NCBI GenBank assembly: GCA_010093815.1
Contig: ML996569.1
DNA from: Pseudovirgaria hyperparasitica
Lineage: Eukaryota
Length of the DNA: 64,000 bases
Reading direction: 5' to 3' (one strand)
Part shown: piece by piece, positions 60,085 through 64,000 of the stretch
Position numbering within the stretch: the first letter of the stretch is position 1
Layout: every line of letters begins with the position of its first letter
Translations under genes and position numbers: made by a program
Notes under the pieces: model-generated
What the model was told of the DNA's origin: nothing
The model's input: only the letters and a program-made list of their open reading frames with translations
Databases searched by the model: none

Positions 60085-60846
60085 TCAGTTGTCCTCCTTG
60101 GGCGCCATGTGTAGCTGGCATGTCACAGGTGGCAAGCCTCCGTGTCCCCTCTTCTCTGTCCATCCAATCTTGCTCAATGTGTTGCCCGCCTTCTTGTCGC
60201 CCGCGATAAAGGTGCTTCCCTTGCAGAATGTCCCACCACCCTTTTCAGTGTACTCCGTCAGTGCCCACCCTTTGGGATCCACCGGTCCGCGCTTGAGCGT
60301 CGAGTTGCGACTTCTCATCAGGCTCTGGAGTAGAGTATCCACAGTCCAGGACGCGTCGACATCAAACGTGTGAAACACTGTCGATCGAGACGTCGACGCC
60401 GTCTCGCCCCATGCTGCATCGAGGTCCCAGTATACGTGAATGGTGGTCGATTGGGGTGGAGGCAGGAGATTGATGCCTGGCCGCCAGTTGTTGTAAGTTT
60501 GTCCAGGTCCATAGCATCCACATTGTTCGCAAGGGCACTGATGCATCGCACAGACCATCGCCGGAATGCTCTGCATGGGAGGTCCAAAGATCGGCGTCGC
60601 TTGTACTGGCACGAATGAAGGTCCGGACGCAAACACAGGAGCGCCTGCAAAGGGAAGACTAAATTGCATGGGAGCGATAGGTCCCGGTGGCCCATCCCCC
60701 ATGTCAAAGAAAACATTCGGGTTGGGCGCAGGCCCGTACATGCCTGGAAATGCTGTAACTACTGGCTCTCCTGCAAGCCAAATGTTTGCAGGTGGTAAGA
60801 ACCCAGTGTCTGCTCGCCAAGTCCAAGGGGGTGGTGGTCCAGCCAT
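60085..60846 (-). CDS. Hypothetical Pro-rich protein with a globular C-terminal domain
   Basis: Intronless 253-aa ORF. Pro/Gly-rich N-half, a short CxxHxCxCxxC stretch, then TTIHVY..WTVDTLLQSL..GWALTE..GSTF..TLSKIGW. Confidence 0.7.
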   Translation of the reverse strand: MAGPPPPWTWRADTGFLPPANIWLAGEPVVTAFPGMYGPAPNPNVFFDMGDGPPGPIAPMQFSLPFAGAPVFASGPSFVPVQATPIFGPPMQSIPAMVCAMHQCPCEQCGCYGPGQTYNNWRPGINLLPPPQSTTIHVYWDLDAAWGETASTSRSTVFHTFDVDASWTVDTLLQSLMRSRNSTLKRGPVDPKGWALTEYTEKGGGTFCKGSTFIAGDKKAGNTLSKIGWTEKRGHGGLPPVTCQLHMAPKEDN

Positions 60847-61435
60847 GATGACAGTTTTCGGGGTTAGATTTGAGGCTGAGAAGATGATCTTGCTGTTGTG
60901 CTTGATGCTGAAGTCTTGAAACAGTCGTTGTACAAATAAGTCGAACCTTGAACGAATGGTAGACTAAATACCAGCACAAGCTGGTAATTGATACGTCGGC
61001 AGCATGACTGACTGGTTTGTCACTGAGCATCTCACATTGACATGATGGCTCAGTGGTCAACCACGTATCGAGGATACATGGAATGTATCTATCCTTCCTT
61101 CACGCATCGACTATACGACTTTTCCAACGACGCCTTGCGAGCAAGAACTATCGCAGGAGCCAACCAATGACCGTAAATGATGAGTTTTGTGCTTCTGTCA
61201 CCATAAGTGCTGCCACATCATTTACCGGCCACAGCTTTCGCATTTGTTGCTAGTGCCAAGTCATAGGACTGTGAAAGTTGTTCGTTCAGCACGTACTATT
61301 CTGTCGCCAGCGCCTGCCTGTGACAAGTTGCAGTTGAAATCAGAGACGTGTAAATATCCCAATAGGTACCAACGCAGTAGAGACGCTGCCAGCTCAATCA
61401 CATTTGAATGATCATCCTACGAAAGCGCTGGCACA

Positions 61436-64000
61436 TTATCCTCCGGCAACGACCGCAAGACCTTCGTATATCTTCTTTTTGACCTCGAAGAACGTAGGTT
61501 TGATGCTCCGGGGATCAAACGATGCCATGCTTTGCCCTGCTCCTTCAACTTCAATCCTACCAGTGCCGGTCTTCCTTACTGCCACAGTTCCATTAACAAG
61601 CAGAGTACCCTCACCACGAAATTCGGCAGTGAGACCCGAGGTTTGCATGATTTTGCGCAGATCTGCAAGTCTCATATCCCCGACGTGTAATGGCTGCGCA
61701 ACTGTCCGAGTTCCAGAAGCCATGCTAGCAGGAACGACATCTAGCACGGGAGGGGGGCCTTCGTTGTCTTGAGCTGGAGCTGTTCCTTCAACATCATCGT
61801 CCTCTCCACTACTGGTCTTTAGCTTCTTCTTCATCTTGACTTCTTCTTCATCACTTGTGATCGTCGCTGCCTCTAGTCGACCAGTGATTGCCACTACGCC
61901 AAGTCCTCTGACTTGTTGCCACTGGAGGTTGCGTACGAGGGACTGGCTCAGCTTGACCACCCAAGCGTTTGTATCGACACTCGCGTCGATGGTTCGACCA
62001 ACAATAGCTGTGAACACATCCGCATTCTTCGAGCCTGAACCCTCGACAGTGAGTCGCTTTCGGAAATCCTCAGCCAAAGCCTCTGTTTCCTCCTTCTCGC
62101 CGGCCACAAGAATTAGCTTGCGCGGTGCAATGAGAGGCACAAGCATCTGGAGATTGCGTTTGTCGTGAAGACCAGAGAAATCGATGAACGATACGTGACA
62201 TGCAATTTTGATCTTTTCCTCTTCAAAAACCGCTTTGCAGGGTCCGTCAACACCCTCGCGGTCGTCATCCTCGTCTGACTCTGAAACGTCTTCTGGAGCG
62301 TCCTCAACCAATGTGTCCCCATCCACATCTATTGAACCATCTCGCCGCGCGACTTTATTGCCATCGTTACTCTTGCGCCTTTTTTGTGTATTAGAAGCAG
62401 GGCCACGCCAACCAGCAGGGGCTGATAACAGATTCGAATCTCCCCATCGTCTCTTTTGGCCAACGATGTTCTCTTTAGTGGCACCGGATCGCATGTCCTC
62501 GCCGTCAATCTCGTCGCGTTCCTCCGCCCGAAGATATTCTTCAGGACGAATCATCTCACCAAAGTCATCGCCTCGTCTTTTCTTTGATGTGAAAGGGAAC
62601 ATCTTTTCTCGTCCTCTTTTTCCGCGAACATCATAGTCATGAACTCCTGTGCCCCTAGTCAAGATGGTGATTCCAAGCTCTGCATCGCTCAAACCCAGTT
62701 TGTTGTGGCGTGCATTAGTCATGGTGGCGGAAACATTGAGAGCCTTGCCTTGATGCTCAACGTCCGAATCCTCTGAGCTTGACGAGGAAGAGTCGGATTG
62801 GTCTTCTATCACGTCTGCTGATGTCTCTAAAGCCGAGGCTCCAGGTCCTTCTCCATGGACCACATTCTGTCGCTGCCGTTGTCTTGCAAGGTACTGCTGA
62901 TATATAGGTGTCTCATTTGCTGTCAACGGCAGCACTTTTACCGACCGTGTGGCGAGGTCCGTCCCAGAAGGCTCCACGACTGTTGCTTCATCTGAATTAC
63001 TCATACTTCCAGCTCCTTCATTCCAATATTGCCAAAGAGCACTGCCTAGTGACATACTGCCCGCGATTTGGCCTGGGCGTTCGGTCAAAATGATGATGTT
63101 TCGGGAATCTGATGCAATGTGGCGTAGAGTGTCCCTTGAAAACCCCCAGTTCAATGAGCTATCGCTCGCAATGATAACGACCGGCTGTTCCGTCGAGAGA
63201 TTGCGAATTATTGACGACTTTTTTTCGAGAAGCTTCAGATACCTAAAATCGAAAGGGGCTTTGACATTCTTGTTCTCTGTATTCTGAGCCTGCTGAGTTC
63301 GACTGCGACCGTTGCCATGTGGCGTTGGGTTCGCACTTGCAGTCTCAAAGTCTCTCACGAGGCCTTCTTCCATCCATTCGAGCATGCTTCGAGCATATCT
63401 CATAGTTGAGCCACACGTTCTGCTGGCTAGAAGTAGTTTCGCAGCGCGCAAGGGATTATCGTCATCATTGCCAACAGTCCACGCCTCCTCGAGAATATAT
63501 GCCAGTTCAAGAACGCGGGCGCTCGAATCGGAGGGAATAAGCACCGAGCCGCCCTTCGATACAGCATCTCTTATGAGACCCAACAAGCTCTCGTCTCGAC
63601 CTCTTCCAGAACCATTTGTATGACTAGCTGCTGGCCCTCTGCTACTACAAACGAGAGCAGTCGGCTTCCGAAGTTGCTCGATGACCTCAGAAGAGCCGGA
63701 CGCGCCACCCAACCATGCAGCTCCTGATAGTACGTGCTCTCTGGCTTGATTCCAGTCCACCGCATAGACGATAGATTCCAGACCATGCTGAATATTCCAA
63801 ATTGTCCCTCCTAGCGTGTGTCCAGCGCTGTATGCGGTAATAGTCAAGCCGTTCAACGGTGGAGAGAAAGGTGAGGGCATCGGCTGGTGAGGTTGTGAGT
63901 ATTTGAGAGGATTGATCAGAGCAAAATAGCCAGCGATCTCATCAGCACTCGGAGGCTGTAGCAGAATGTTGGGGTTTTTGTCATCTTGAGTAGTCGCGTA
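61436..64000 (-). CDS. CFT2: Cleavage and polyadenylation specificity factor subunit 2 (CPSF100); 5' end outside window
   Basis: AGHTLGGTIW, IVYAVDWNQAREH, GGSVLIPSDSSARVLEL, DDFGEMIRPEEY, IDFSGLHD, PRKLILVAG, LHVGDMRLADLR and EFRGEGTL. The frame stays open to the window edge. Confidence 0.95.
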   Translation of the reverse strand, partial: YATTQDDKNPNILLQPPSADEIAGYFALINPLKYSQPHQPMPSPFSPPLNGLTITAYSAGHTLGGTIWNIQHGLESIVYAVDWNQAREHVLSGAAWLGGASGSSEVIEQLRKPTALVCSSRGPAASHTNGSGRGRDESLLGLIRDAVSKGGSVLIPSDSSARVLELAYILEEAWTVGNDDDNPLRAAKLLLASRTCGSTMRYARSMLEWMEEGLVRDFETASANPTPHGNGRSRTQQAQNTENKNVKAPFDFRYLKLLEKKSSIIRNLSTEQPVVIIASDSSLNWGFSRDTLRHIASDSRNIIILTERPGQIAGSMSLGSALWQYWNEGAGSMSNSDEATVVEPSGTDLATRSVKVLPLTANETPIYQQYLARQRQRQNVVHGEGPGASALETSADVIEDQSDSSSSSSEDSDVEHQGKALNVSATMTNARHNKLGLSDAELGITILTRGTGVHDYDVRGKRGREKMFPFTSKKRRGDDFGEMIRPEEYLRAEERDEIDGEDMRSGATKENIVGQKRRWGDSNLLSAPAGWRGPASNTQKRRKSNDGNKVARRDGSIDVDGDTLVEDAPEDVSESDEDDDREGVDGPCKAVFEEEKIKIACHVSFIDFSGLHDKRNLQMLVPLIAPRKLILVAGEKEETEALAEDFRKRLTVEGSGSKNADVFTAIVGRTIDASVDTNAWVVKLSQSLVRNLQWQQVRGLGVVAITGRLEAATITSDEEEVKMKKKLKTSSGEDDDVEGTAPAQDNEGPPPVLDVVPASMASGTRTVAQPLHVGDMRLADLRKIMQTSGLTAEFRGEGTLLVNGTVAVRKTGTGRIEVEGAGQSMASFDPRSIKPTFFEVKKKIYEGLAVVAGG

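Overview
Intron-containing filamentous ascomycete (Pezizomycotina) DNA, judged from short GT..AG introns with CTRAC branch sites, a Zn2Cys6 factor and RIP-like AT tracts. The window has three zones. (1) 1-13.3 kb is a compact candidate secondary-metabolite cluster with no PKS, NRPS or soluble terpene synthase in view. Its likely core is an intronless UbiA-fold membrane protein carrying the NQxxxxxxxED and QDxxDxxGD motifs seen in UbiA-type terpene cyclases. It is flanked by an SDR, an EthD-like protein, a CFEM-less PTH11/SAT4-type membrane protein, a P450 and two BBE-like FAD oxidases, and the cluster runs off the left edge. A ~105-bp tandem repeat sits in one of its divergent promoters. (2) 13.3-26.8 kb is an accessory-looking block bracketed by TpA-rich (RIP-like) tracts, holding an AsaB/CmcJ-like dioxygenase, a hypothetical membrane-tailed protein, an amidase and an NB-ARC-TPR (NLR-like) gene. 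(3) 27-64 kb is mostly housekeeping: NYN/PIN-like protein, mitochondrial carrier, Gbp2/Hrb1-like RRM protein with an 8-nt microexon, DHA1 MFS transporter, Zn2Cys6 TF, small orphan ORFs, CCCH protein, Ser/Thr-rich protein, peroxisomal copper amine oxidase, Pro-rich protein and CPSF100/Cft2 (cut by the right edge). Gene models were spliced by eye and no database searches were run.
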